64,000 bases of DNA from a virus: positions 43,115 through 107,114 of the IMG/VR virus record IMGVR_UViG_2872351278_000001; one strand, 5' to 3'. This document shows, one piece after another, positions 31,270 to 41,019 of the stretch. The notes under the pieces are model-generated. The model made no database searches. It was not told the origin of the DNA and saw nothing but the letters and a program-made list of their open reading frames with translations. The stretch's first letter is position 1, and each line of letters opens with the position of its first letter. Made by a program: the position numbers and the translations under genes.

Positions 31270-33255
31270 ATGAAAGAAATGAAAAACCTAATAACACAAC
31301 TTAACCAATATTCTTATGAATATTATACTTTAGGACAACCTACCATATCAGACCAAACTTATGATAGTCTATATGATAAATTAATTAAGCTAGAAAATGA
31401 ATCAGGAATAATAATGTCAAATAGTCCAACTCAAAAAGTAGGAAATACAACATTAGATAAACTACAAAAATCAAAACACAAATATTCAATGTTATCATTA
31501 AATAAAACTAAATCAATTGTAGAATTATATAAATTTGCAAAAAATAAAGATTGTTGTTTGATGTACAAACTAGATGGCTTAACAATAGCTTTAACGTATG
31601 ATAAAAATGGAAACCTTATAAAAGGAGAAACAAGAGGAAATGGAGATATTGGAGAAGATATAACACATAATGTTAGAGTGTTTTCAAATATTCCTTTAAA
31701 GATTAATTTCAAAGGAGAAAATGAAATTGTAATTATAGGTGAAGCAATTATTGATTATTCTACATTCGATAAAATAAATTCCATCTTGCCTGAAGATAAA
31801 AAATATAAAAATCCTAGAAATCTATGTAGTGGAACTGTAAGGCAATTAAATTCAGAAATATGTAAACAAAGAAATGTAAGATTTATAGGATACATAATTG
31901 AAGAATTAGATTTAGCAACCAAAAAAGAACAACTTGTAATTATTAATAATTTTGGATTTGAAACAGTAGAGTTTTGTATTATAGATAAAGGGATACCGAC
32001 ATACTCACTAGAACATTCTATTAATTATTTAAAACAATTAGCAAAAGATAAACAAATTCCTATTGATGGTTTAGTTCTACAATATAATGATATTAAATAT
32101 GGAAAATCTTTAGGTAATACAAGCCATCATCCACAACATAGTTTGGCTTTTAAATTTGAAAATGATGTAGAGTTTACTAATCTTATAGATGTAGAATGGA
32201 ATGTATCAAGAACAGGAAGGGTTAATCCAATAGCAATATTTGAACCAATTGAATTATATGGAACTACTGTTTCAAGAGCATCTTTAAATAATTTAACCAT
32301 ATTAAAATCATTACAACTTGGATTAAATGATGAGCTTGGAGTGACTAAAGCTAATGAGATTATACCTATGATAACTGATAACTTAACTAAATCAAACACT
32401 TTAAAAATTCCAACTAAATGTCCAGTTTGTAACTATGAGTTAACTATTAAATCTGATACAGATAGTGAGTTCTTATACTGTGAAAATCCTAGTTGTAGTG
32501 CTAAATTAATACAATCTATAGTTCATTATTGTTCAAGAAGTGCTATGAATATAGAAGGTTTAAGCGAAAAAACAATAGAGAAGTTTATTGAAAAAGGATT
32601 TATTGAATCTATACAGGATATATATTATCTATCTAAGGACAAGTGTAAATACAAAAATGAAATAACTCAGCTAGAAGGCTTTGGAATTAAGTCATATAAC
32701 AACTTGGTAAAATCAATTAATAAATCAAAAAAATGTAAATTAGAAAACTTTATATATGCATTAGGAATACCAAATGTAGGTTTGTCAACTGCTAAAATAT
32801 TAGTTGAATTCGCTAAAGGAAATACACCATTTGATACAATAAATAATATTTTAGATTTGCAAGTATGTGATTTAATGAGAATGAAAGACTGTGGAAATGT
32901 TATAGCTAGTAGTATATATAATTGTTTTAGTGACATTAAGAATAGAGAAGTTTTAAGTTATTTAACCCAAATTGAATTAGAATTTATAGAAGATCACCCA
33001 CAAGAAATTAAACAAGGAATATTAAATGGAAAAATATTATATTTAACTGGAACATTTGCCTTTGGTAAAAAGAAAGAGTTAAAAGAATTAGTTGAGTTAA
33101 ATGGTGGAATATTCTCAGATAAATTCAATAAATCTTGTGATTATTTAGTTATTGGAAGTCTAAAAGGCAGTACAAAAGATAAAAAAGCAAAAGATATGGG
33201 AATAGAAGTATTATATGAAAATGATTTTTTAAAAATGTTGGGGGTGAATAATTAA
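31270..33255 (+). CDS. ligA: NAD-dependent DNA ligase
   Basis: YY..ISDQTYD, MLSL, KLDG, TRGNG..GEDIT, NPRN, Zn finger, HhH, BRCT. Confidence 0.96.
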   Translation: MKEMKNLITQLNQYSYEYYTLGQPTISDQTYDSLYDKLIKLENESGIIMSNSPTQKVGNTTLDKLQKSKHKYSMLSLNKTKSIVELYKFAKNKDCCLMYKLDGLTIALTYDKNGNLIKGETRGNGDIGEDITHNVRVFSNIPLKINFKGENEIVIIGEAIIDYSTFDKINSILPEDKKYKNPRNLCSGTVRQLNSEICKQRNVRFIGYIIEELDLATKKEQLVIINNFGFETVEFCIIDKGIPTYSLEHSINYLKQLAKDKQIPIDGLVLQYNDIKYGKSLGNTSHHPQHSLAFKFENDVEFTNLIDVEWNVSRTGRVNPIAIFEPIELYGTTVSRASLNNLTILKSLQLGLNDELGVTKANEIIPMITDNLTKSNTLKIPTKCPVCNYELTIKSDTDSEFLYCENPSCSAKLIQSIVHYCSRSAMNIEGLSEKTIEKFIEKGFIESIQDIYYLSKDKCKYKNEITQLEGFGIKSYNNLVKSINKSKKCKLENFIYALGIPNVGLSTAKILVEFAKGNTPFDTINNILDLQVCDLMRMKDCGNVIASSIYNCFSDIKNREVLSYLTQIELEFIEDHPQEIKQGILNGKILYLTGTFAFGKKKELKELVELNGGIFSDKFNKSCDYLVIGSLKGSTKDKKAKDMGIEVLYENDFLKMLGVNN

Positions 33256-33609
33256 TGAAGTTAACAGTAGGAAAATTAGAAGAATTAATAAGACCATTTT
33301 CAAGAGGGGCTGAAGTAGAATTGAGCTGTGGCTGTTGTCATCATAGTTCAATAGGTTCTGAAAATATTTTAAAGTTAAAAGATTATAAAGGATATATCGA
33401 ATTAGAGTTCAATGCAACAAGTTCCCAAGGATTTGTTGAGTTAAATGAGGATAAAGAACAATGGTATAAAGCCAGAAATTGAAAAACTTAAGAAAGAATT
33501 AGAAGTTAAAGACAGGGTAATATCAGAATATGATGATATATTTAAATCATTAAATCGCACTGTTGAAAGTAATCAAAAATGGATAGAAAGATTAAAAGAT
33601 GGATTTTAA
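33255..33609 (+). pseudogene. frameshifted hypothetical gene
   Basis: ORF stops at 33482 but the +1 frame continues WYKA-EIEKLKKELEVKDR...DGF* to 33609. Confidence 0.5.
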
Positions 33610-33637
33610 TTTGAATATATAGAAAGGATAAAACGAT

Positions 33638-33952
33638 ATGAGTAAAAAATATTTATTATTATGTGATAGACATACAAGTATATTTGGAGATGAATGGTGT
33701 TTATTTTGGGGATATGGAGGTTGCAAAGGAGGATACACCTCAGATTTAAGAATGGCACATAGATTTACAGAAGAAGAAATAAAAGGGTTTCAGGACGACA
33801 AAGAAGATATTCCTATTCCAATAGATATTTTAAATATATCCGAAGAATGTGAGAATGAAGAAACTCTTAATAAAAATATCAGTATATTAATTGAAAAAGG
33901 AACATTAAACAAATTAATGGATTTAAATTTAAAACCATTAGCCAATAATTAA
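33638..33952 (+). CDS. hypothetical protein
   Basis: 104 aa; LFWG..GYT.DL..AH.FTEEE. Confidence 0.65.
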   Translation: MSKKYLLLCDRHTSIFGDEWCLFWGYGGCKGGYTSDLRMAHRFTEEEIKGFQDDKEDIPIPIDILNISEECENEETLNKNISILIEKGTLNKLMDLNLKPLANN

Positions 33953-33991
33953 TAAACAAATTAAATAAACAATAAAGGAGTATAAGAAATT

Positions 33992-34234
33992 ATGTGTAAA
34001 GAATTATCAATAGAGCAACAACAAGAAATGGACAAGGTGGTGAATTTATTAAAAGGGGAAATAGCTAGGTTAGAAAAAGACCTAAGTTATAGTAATATAA
34101 TACACCATAAAGCTATTGATGACTACAGAAGTGAAGTAGCTAGACTAACATGGGTAAGTGATAGTTTAAGTGAGGAGAATGAAGAACTTAAAAAAGAAAA
34201 TCAAGAATTAAAGAATTTATTACATAGCAATTAA
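33992..34234 (+). CDS. coiled-coil hypothetical protein
   Basis: 80-aa ORF with AAGGAG RBS. Confidence 0.6.
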   Translation: MCKELSIEQQQEMDKVVNLLKGEIARLEKDLSYSNIIHHKAIDDYRSEVARLTWVSDSLSEENEELKKENQELKNLLHSN

Positions 34235-34247
34235 ATTGGAGGGGTTA

Positions 34248-34781
34248 ATGATGAATAAAGAAATAAAAAAAATAGAATTTATATTAGAAAACTGTGAAGT
34301 GATTGAATTTGAAGGGAAACATGTAGGAGATTTTGATGTTGAGAATATTAAAACAAATATATCAAGAATAGCCTGTAATTCTATAAGCAAACATAATGTA
34401 TGTGAAACATTTGCAATAGAAATAAGCTCATTAGCAAATACAGAAATAGTACAACCTTGGGGAGATAAAATAAAACCATTTGACAGATTAAATAAATATC
34501 AAGATATTACATCAATAGAAATACATTATAATGATAATACGTCAGATAAAATTTTAGTTGATTACTGTAGTGAATCAGAAAATTTAGGAGCAAATAATTT
34601 AAATCAAGAATCTTATATAAGTGATTTAGGTAATCTATACATAATAATTAGTAAAAATAAAACATTAGAAAATTATTGGAATAATAGCAATATATTTGAG
34701 TTAGATGGAATAAACAATAAAAAACATATGGATTTTAAATTTAAAATGTACGATATAATTCCTATGGAAGAAGATGATTAA
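34248..34781 (+). CDS. hypothetical phage protein
   Basis: GGAGG RBS; LENCE..DITSI..N.NQ. Confidence 0.65.
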   Translation: MMNKEIKKIEFILENCEVIEFEGKHVGDFDVENIKTNISRIACNSISKHNVCETFAIEISSLANTEIVQPWGDKIKPFDRLNKYQDITSIEIHYNDNTSDKILVDYCSESENLGANNLNQESYISDLGNLYIIISKNKTLENYWNNSNIFELDGINNKKHMDFKFKMYDIIPMEEDD

Positions 34782-35027
34782 ATGTTAGTACAGGCTATGA
34801 TAGAAAATAATCTACCTTATTGTCCAGTGTGTAAAAAGAAATTAGGACAACTTAAAGATTATTTTCTAGTGGAGAATAGAAACACTAAACAAAAATATTA
34901 TAAATTCATCAGGAGATGCTCTTGTGGCAGTGATGCTTATAACTATGAAATTATTTCCATGCGAGATACAAAAAGAATATATATTGAAAATGATGAAAAT
35001 ATAATTAAAAATATTACTGATAAATAA
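34782..35027 (+). CDS. Zn-ribbon hypothetical protein
   Basis: CPVC...CSCG. Confidence 0.6.
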   Translation: MLVQAMIENNLPYCPVCKKKLGQLKDYFLVENRNTKQKYYKFIRRCSCGSDAYNYEIISMRDTKRIYIENDENIIKNITDK

Positions 35028-35061
35028 AATAAACAAATAAAAGAAATGGAGAAGTGATAAC

Positions 35062-35604
35062 ATGAAGAATTTAAAAATATGGTTAATTGGTGGAGTTAGT
35101 ATATTACTTTTAATTTTGCTAGGAGTTTTTAGTGTTCAAAGTTTTCAAAATAAGGCTATCGCTTTAGAAGAACAAGTAAACACAGCCGATTCTGATATTA
35201 AAGTTCAAGAAAAAAGAAGAATTGATTTAATATATAACTTAGTTGATTGTGTAAAGCAATACGATAAGCATGAAGCTGACACACTACAAGATATTGTTAA
35301 TGGTCGTAGTAAAACAAGCAATATCGAAAATGTTACGACTGCAATTACAGCAGTAACTGAAGCATATCCTGAATTAAAATCTAATGAAAATTACAAACAA
35401 TTAATGAATGAACTATCAACTACAGAAAACTTAATATCTCAATTTAGAAGTAATTATAATAAGCAAATAAAAGAATACAACCGATATGTACGTAAATTCC
35501 CTGTAAAACAATTCTTAGGAATGACAGGATATGAAATTCAAGAATATGAATATTTAGATTACAAAGCACCAAGTGATGCTCCACAAAATCTATTTGGTAA
35601 GTAA
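35062..35604 (+). CDS. lemA: LemA family protein
   Basis: N-terminal TM; RRIDLI.NLV, EAYPELKSNENY.QLM.EL..TEN, YN..YN....FP. Confidence 0.9.
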   Translation: MKNLKIWLIGGVSILLLILLGVFSVQSFQNKAIALEEQVNTADSDIKVQEKRRIDLIYNLVDCVKQYDKHEADTLQDIVNGRSKTSNIENVTTAITAVTEAYPELKSNENYKQLMNELSTTENLISQFRSNYNKQIKEYNRYVRKFPVKQFLGMTGYEIQEYEYLDYKAPSDAPQNLFGK

Positions 35605-35606
35605 CA

Positions 35607-36344
35607 ATGGGACGATATTATAAGAGTTGGAATGATTTTGAGATAACTAAGCGTGAATTAATCGCTAGTGTCTCAATCATAGCAATAATGTTATTAATAG
35701 GAGTTTTTATTACAGGGAAAATTTCAGAATATGAAATGGATAAAAATGAAAAATATAATAAAGCTATACATATAACCGATAATAATTTATTTCAATATGG
35801 TATGGATACTAATGTTGGTGATGCGTTTATTTATGGAGATTTTAATGCAATAGATACCGTAACTTATCCTGAAATAGGTGGAGAATACATGCGTGTCAAA
35901 AAAGATAAAGAAAAATACACAATGCATACTAGAACAGTTAAATATGGCAAGACAACAACGGTAGAAACTTATTGGACTTGGGATTATGTCAATACTGAAA
36001 GTATTCAATGCAATAATGTGATATTTTGTGGTATTGAATTTGAATCAAATAAATTTAATATTCCAACTGGTGAATATATAAATACTATAAAAGAATCTAG
36101 TTCTGTTAGATATAAATACTATGGATACCCAACAGAATCAACAGGTACTATACTTGCTCACTTAAATAAATCAAACTCGTTAGGAGAAGAAAAAGTAAAT
36201 TTTTATAAAGATAAAGATATAGAACAAACACTAGATGGATTAGAGACAGATTTTGAAATAATTATTTTTTGGATAATTTGGGCTATATTAATTATATCAT
36301 GTGTTTGGGGATTTTATTATTTAGATAATGACTGGTTGAATTAA
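35607..36344 (+). CDS. two-TM membrane protein cotranscribed with LemA
   Basis: N- and C-terminal hydrophobic helices flanking a soluble domain. Confidence 0.7.
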   Translation: MGRYYKSWNDFEITKRELIASVSIIAIMLLIGVFITGKISEYEMDKNEKYNKAIHITDNNLFQYGMDTNVGDAFIYGDFNAIDTVTYPEIGGEYMRVKKDKEKYTMHTRTVKYGKTTTVETYWTWDYVNTESIQCNNVIFCGIEFESNKFNIPTGEYINTIKESSSVRYKYYGYPTESTGTILAHLNKSNSLGEEKVNFYKDKDIEQTLDGLETDFEIIIFWIIWAILIISCVWGFYYLDNDWLN

Positions 36345-36434
36345 AAAAGGAGTGAAAAATAAATTGTGTAAGCTAAACAGCAATACATATAAATTAAACA
36401 ACTAATATAAGATATTAAGAGGGAGAGATGTAAA

Positions 36435-37136
36435 ATGAATTATTTTGGATTAAGAGTATACGATATAGAAGAAAGTATGGTGGCGAGTGGATTCCCTATG
36501 TTAAAAGCAAAACCAACACCACAAGAATATGAAGAAGAAGTTATAAATTTAAAAGGTCACATTTATCAATATGGTTTTAATAATTTATATGAATTAAGTA
36601 AAACATTAACAAAAGAACAACTATCAGAATTAAATGAAGGTAAAAGAAAATCAATAAAACACATAAAGCGTGCATGTAATTTAGGTAACGCTCCTAGTGG
36701 TTCAGGACATGATTCAGCGTGTAAAGGAATTTTAGTATCAGTATGTATTGAAGCTGACCAATCATTTTGGTTACAATGGGAAAGATACCATTATCAAGAC
36801 ACCATTTCTAGTATGAGTACAATGCACTGTTTAACTAAATTTGATTTAGATTCTAATTTATTTAGTAAGTATACAGATCAAAGAACAATTGATGTAGTAA
36901 AAGAAAAGATAGAAAAATATAATAGGAATCCAACATCAGATAACTTCCATGAAGTAATACACAGTTGTCCTAAGGGGATTCAGCTTATAAGAAGAGTTTA
37001 TACAAATTACTTACAGTTGAAAACTATGTATAATCAAAGAAAGCATCATAAAATGTATTCATGGTCACAGGATTTTATAAATATGTGTAATGAACTACCA
37101 TATTTTAATGAATTGTGCTTAGGAGGAGAAAACTAA
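36435..37136 (+). CDS. divergent ThyX/Thy1-like protein
   Basis: SGHD..I.V..I.A...FW.QWERYH..ISSMSTMH..NYLQLKTMY.QRKHH; nucleotide-metabolism context. Confidence 0.55.
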   Translation: MNYFGLRVYDIEESMVASGFPMLKAKPTPQEYEEEVINLKGHIYQYGFNNLYELSKTLTKEQLSELNEGKRKSIKHIKRACNLGNAPSGSGHDSACKGILVSVCIEADQSFWLQWERYHYQDTISSMSTMHCLTKFDLDSNLFSKYTDQRTIDVVKEKIEKYNRNPTSDNFHEVIHSCPKGIQLIRRVYTNYLQLKTMYNQRKHHKMYSWSQDFINMCNELPYFNELCLGGEN

Positions 37137-37534
37137 TGCAATTTTCAGAACAAGTAATACAAATAATGGATAAGCTTTGTGAAAAATTTGGAATAGTTTT
37201 AGATTGGAGTAGTGCAAATGTCTTTCCTTATATTCAAGAACTGAGTAATAGATTGATTAAATATGAAGTGTTTACTAGTCTAATTTGGATTATCCTAAGT
37301 ATATTAATGATAAGTGCCTCATATTTATTTTTAATAAAATCAACTAAAATATATAAAAACAATAATAAATATAATACTTTTAATGAAGAACTTTTCGTAC
37401 TTAGTATTGTTTTATTTATGTTTTGTTCAATTTTTGGAATAGGAATTATATTAATTCAATCATTTGATATTGTACAGGCTTTAACTATTCCAGAAAAAAC
37501 AATTATTGAATATTTATCATCATACATAAAATAA
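37136..37534 (+). CDS. membrane protein
   Basis: AGGAGG RBS; two TM helices. Confidence 0.65.
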   Translation: MQFSEQVIQIMDKLCEKFGIVLDWSSANVFPYIQELSNRLIKYEVFTSLIWIILSILMISASYLFLIKSTKIYKNNNKYNTFNEELFVLSIVLFMFCSIFGIGIILIQSFDIVQALTIPEKTIIEYLSSYIK

Positions 37535-37620
37535 TTAAGGTATAAAAATCTATAAACAGTCAATAATATAAATACTCAAAATCACTTAATGTTACCAATA
37601 ATAATTATATAAAGAAAAAA

Positions 37621-37674
37621 TAGGGGATATAGAATTGAAATAGTAATTAAACTAAATCTTTTCTATATCCCCTA
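37621..37674. terminator. bidirectional terminator at the convergence of the two arms
   Basis: TAGGGGATATAGAA...TTCTATATCCCCTA with flanking A/T tracts. Confidence 0.75.
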
Positions 37675-37687
37675 TAAACTTCTGTTT

Positions 37688-37963
37688 TTATTTTTCTATC
37701 TTTTCTGTAATGTGATTAATTTTCATTTCTATATCATCCACTTTAGTCTTTACTTCCTCAACGACATTAAATTTATTTGCTAAATCACTAATAATATCTT
37801 GGTTCTTATTAATAGTAATTTGAAGTTTTTCCTCTCTATCTTTTCCATCTTTTCTTGTGTCTTCAACTAATAATTGATAATCTTTTCGTTGATAAAACCA
37901 CATAATTGCCATTAGTCCTAAAACTGGTGAAACTTTGAATATATCTAAAAATACTTGATCCAT
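37688..37963 (-). CDS. BhlA/UviB-family holin-like protein
   Basis: One N-terminal TM then DREEKLQ.TI.KNQ.II..LA.KF..V..K. Confidence 0.75.
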   Translation of the reverse strand: MDQVFLDIFKVSPVLGLMAIMWFYQRKDYQLLVEDTRKDGKDREEKLQITINKNQDIISDLANKFNVVEEVKTKVDDIEMKINHITEKIEK

Positions 37964-38357
37964 ATTAAAACTCCTTTCTATATTATATTTTTGAAATTAA
38001 TCATCTCCCTGATGAATATTTGTTGTCCAATGTACAAACAATACTATTGAACTTTGGTATAAAGTTAGATACAATTAAACTAATCAGATTTTTATACATA
38101 ATTACACCAAATTTGTATTTCTGATTGAGTGTTTAAGGGATAATAGGAATAAGCACTCTTTATTATCCCTTATTCTAATTTTGTGTATAATATTAATTAT
38201 CTTTGTATATTTATTATGTTAATTTATAAAAAGTATCAAAATATGTGGAGATACACTTTTTAACTATGTATAATTATACTTTGTCAAACTTTGTTAAGTA
38301 TGTTTTTAAAATACGGATTTTATTTTCTTATTATTTATTTAATTTGTTTTATTATAA

Positions 38358-39359
38358 TTAAAAAGCATCATCAGCATCTTCACTATCATCTCTAATAACA
38401 TATATCTGAGTTGTTTCTGAAGATTCATGACCTAAAAGTGCTTTGGCGGTTTCTATATCTTTATTTTGATATACTACAAGATTTGTGGCTCGGGATTCTC
38501 TAAAAATATGCGGATGAATTCTTCTGCCTATAATTGGTTCAAAGTATTTATGACACCAATCTCCAAATACAGATTCACTCACTTGTTTTATTCCCCTATA
38601 ATTTGAAACAAATACATAAGGACAATCATCTTTCCCTCTCACTTCTAACCATTTTTTTATATAATACATAGCTCTTTCGTCAAATTTCAACTTTCTAACT
38701 TTCCCTACATGAGAGTGACCTTTACAACGAATTTCATGAGTAATATAATATCTTCTTTCTATTTCTACATCATTTCCATCTTTGTCTTTTTCTATTTTTT
38801 TCTTTACAGTTATATCATAATCAGCAACTTCTTTTAACAATAATCTGCTTTCTTCACGCCTACAACCTGTTGAATATGTATATGTAAGATAGGCTAATTG
38901 TTGCCACCTTTCTTTTTCTTCTAATACTTTTATTATCTTTTCTAGTTCTTCCTCGGTTAAAGGTTCTTTTGGATGAACAAATGCTTTTGCAGGTCTTTTA
39001 ATTTGCTTAGTTATGTAATTATGAAAAGTAGGGTACATATCTGAATAATAAGTTATAACCCATTCGTTAAATGCCGATACTGCACTTCTTTTAAATGATA
39101 TTCCACTGCTACTCATACCTATTCTTGATAACATATTCTGATATTTTAAATAATCACGAGACTTTATTTCATAAAAAGAAACATTTTTACATTGTTCGTT
39201 TATAAATCTAAAATATATCTTTAGTGCTGATGTATATTGAATAAGTGTTTTAGGGCTTAAATCAACTAATTCATTTAAATATTCCTCAACCATCTGTTTA
39301 CTTTCATCATTGACATTATTCCATTCGTCTTCTGTAACTGGTTTGATTTTTTCTTTCAT
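38358..39359 (-). CDS. tyrosine recombinase (XerC/D-like)
   Basis: STGCRREE (R), HPHIFR (HxxR), LLGHES..TQIY (H, Y). Confidence 0.92.
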   Translation of the reverse strand: MKEKIKPVTEDEWNNVNDESKQMVEEYLNELVDLSPKTLIQYTSALKIYFRFINEQCKNVSFYEIKSRDYLKYQNMLSRIGMSSSGISFKRSAVSAFNEWVITYYSDMYPTFHNYITKQIKRPAKAFVHPKEPLTEEELEKIIKVLEEKERWQQLAYLTYTYSTGCRREESRLLLKEVADYDITVKKKIEKDKDGNDVEIERRYYITHEIRCKGHSHVGKVRKLKFDERAMYYIKKWLEVRGKDDCPYVFVSNYRGIKQVSESVFGDWCHKYFEPIIGRRIHPHIFRESRATNLVVYQNKDIETAKALLGHESSETTQIYVIRDDSEDADDAF

Positions 39360-39376
39360 TAATTTTCAAGTCCTTT

Positions 39377-39976
39377 CTATTTTTTCTTTTTTAATTTATT
39401 ATTTTTTAATGTTTGTTCACGTTTTTCTCTTTTTATTTTTTCTTTCTCCATAGCTTCTAAAGTAGCTTGTACATCAAATTTGCAATTATCAAAAGTCATA
39501 ATCATTTTAGATATATTCTTTTCATAGCTTGCTGTAGCTGTAATTGATTTTATTACTGAATAATTATCATCCAATATAACTCCTAAATCTGAAAATGGAT
39601 CAAGCACTTCTTTTAAGCCTGCAATCATATTATCCAAATCATGGCGAACTTTTGTAGGAAACACAAAATGAACTTTTAAGTCACATTCGCATATCCCTAG
39701 TTTTCCAAGTCCCAGTTCCTTAAGAACGTATTCAATATATAAACCTCTATGTTTTTTATAATTGTTTTGAACAATTCTATTTGTAACAACAAGAATTTTA
39801 TTCATGCTTCTAGGAAGACAATTTTCAACTATTGGTTTTTTAGTTTTCCTATGTGTAGAATAATAATCATTTAAAAACCTATTTAGATTATCTTCTGTAA
39901 ATTCAACTATAATTTTACCCTTTTTTATGTTAATCAAATCCTCTCTTTTTATAATTTCGTTTTTGCAATAAATCAA
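39377..39976 (-). CDS. RusA-like Holliday junction resolvase
   Basis: PRSMN; RHDLDN...K..LD..GVILDD. Confidence 0.7.
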   Translation of the reverse strand: MIYCKNEIIKREDLINIKKGKIIVEFTEDNLNRFLNDYYSTHRKTKKPIVENCLPRSMNKILVVTNRIVQNNYKKHRGLYIEYVLKELGLGKLGICECDLKVHFVFPTKVRHDLDNMIAGLKEVLDPFSDLGVILDDNYSVIKSITATASYEKNISKMIMTFDNCKFDVQATLEAMEKEKIKREKREQTLKNNKLKKKK

Positions 39977-40127
39977 TAAAAATTAGTACCTTTTAAACCC
40001 AGTTATATCAAGACTTTATCTGTATTTTATAATAAAAATAGTATATGGTAGAATCGTTTATTTCCCGAAGTATTTACAGAATAACTTGTCCATGTTATAA
40101 TTATGTTAATAATTGGAGGTTATTTTT

Positions 40128-40373
40128 ATGAAAATTGGACATTTTGATTACTATGAAGTTAATGGTTGTAAAGTTAGGAATGGACATTCATACTTAAAAA
40201 ATGAACGTTCTCCATTAAATACAACTGTTCGTACGGACATTTATAAAGAATTACATAAATTATCTAAAATACGTAAAAAACCGATGAGTAAAATATTAGA
40301 TTGTATATGGGAAACTTTTAAAGCTCATCCTGAAATAAAGAATGAATTTAATAAAAGATTGAGAGAATATTAA
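40128..40373 (+). CDS. ribbon-helix-helix DNA-binding protein
   Basis: LNTTVRTDIYKELHKLS..KPMSKILD; own promoter TTTACA(40073)-17-TATAAT(40096); GGAGG RBS. Confidence 0.65.
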   Translation: MKIGHFDYYEVNGCKVRNGHSYLKNERSPLNTTVRTDIYKELHKLSKIRKKPMSKILDCIWETFKAHPEIKNEFNKRLREY

Positions 40374-40545
40374 TTTATTAAAATTTAATTGAACATAATT
40401 TAAATGTGTTGAATTCTATATTTTAACTTTTTATCAATCCTAATAATTACACTATTGAAATTAGTTCAAATTTAAAATAATAAATATAAGGAAATAGAGT
40501 AGGAGAGAGTGTTGAGCCCAATCTACTCTATATTTATTTTATTTA

Positions 40546-40905
40546 TTATTTTAAATTGTCATTTTTGTCTTTTCCAAAACTAATATTCTTAAATACAAAA
40601 TCAAATGATTTAGTACAACCAAAATATAACAAGAAGCTATTTATAACTGTTAAATATATATTTATAGCATTAATTTCATAATTATTAATAATAAACATAA
40701 ATATTATCGCTTGTATAAAACTCAATCCCATTACATAATAGCTTGTACTGATTTTATTTTCTAATTTTGTATTTGCAAATATAGAATCTACAATATCTTT
40801 TGTACCTTGAGCAACTAGCATTACAATTCCTGCACTCATAACTAAATCTTTAAACATATTTACATTATCAGGTGTAAAAAATTGTGTAATTGAAGTAGTA
40901 TCCAT
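40546..40905 (-). CDS. putative holin
   Basis: Three hydrophobic segments; immediately downstream of the endolysin. Confidence 0.6.
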   Translation of the reverse strand: MDTTSITQFFTPDNVNMFKDLVMSAGIVMLVAQGTKDIVDSIFANTKLENKISTSYYVMGLSFIQAIIFMFIINNYEINAINIYLTVINSFLLYFGCTKSFDFVFKNISFGKDKNDNLK

Positions 40906-41019
40906 GTAAAACCCTCCTTTATTAATTATTTTGTGTTATTTAATTAGTTGATTATTATATATTTTATTTATGTAATATTATTTAAACGTATGTTATGTTA
41001 ACGTGTACTAATAAGACTT

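Noticed and set aside
38180..38224. dif-like site (TTATGTTAA arm) near the recombinase
   Set aside because: Only one arm resembles XerD sites, no convincing 11-6-11 partner arm, and similar AT-rich words occur elsewhere
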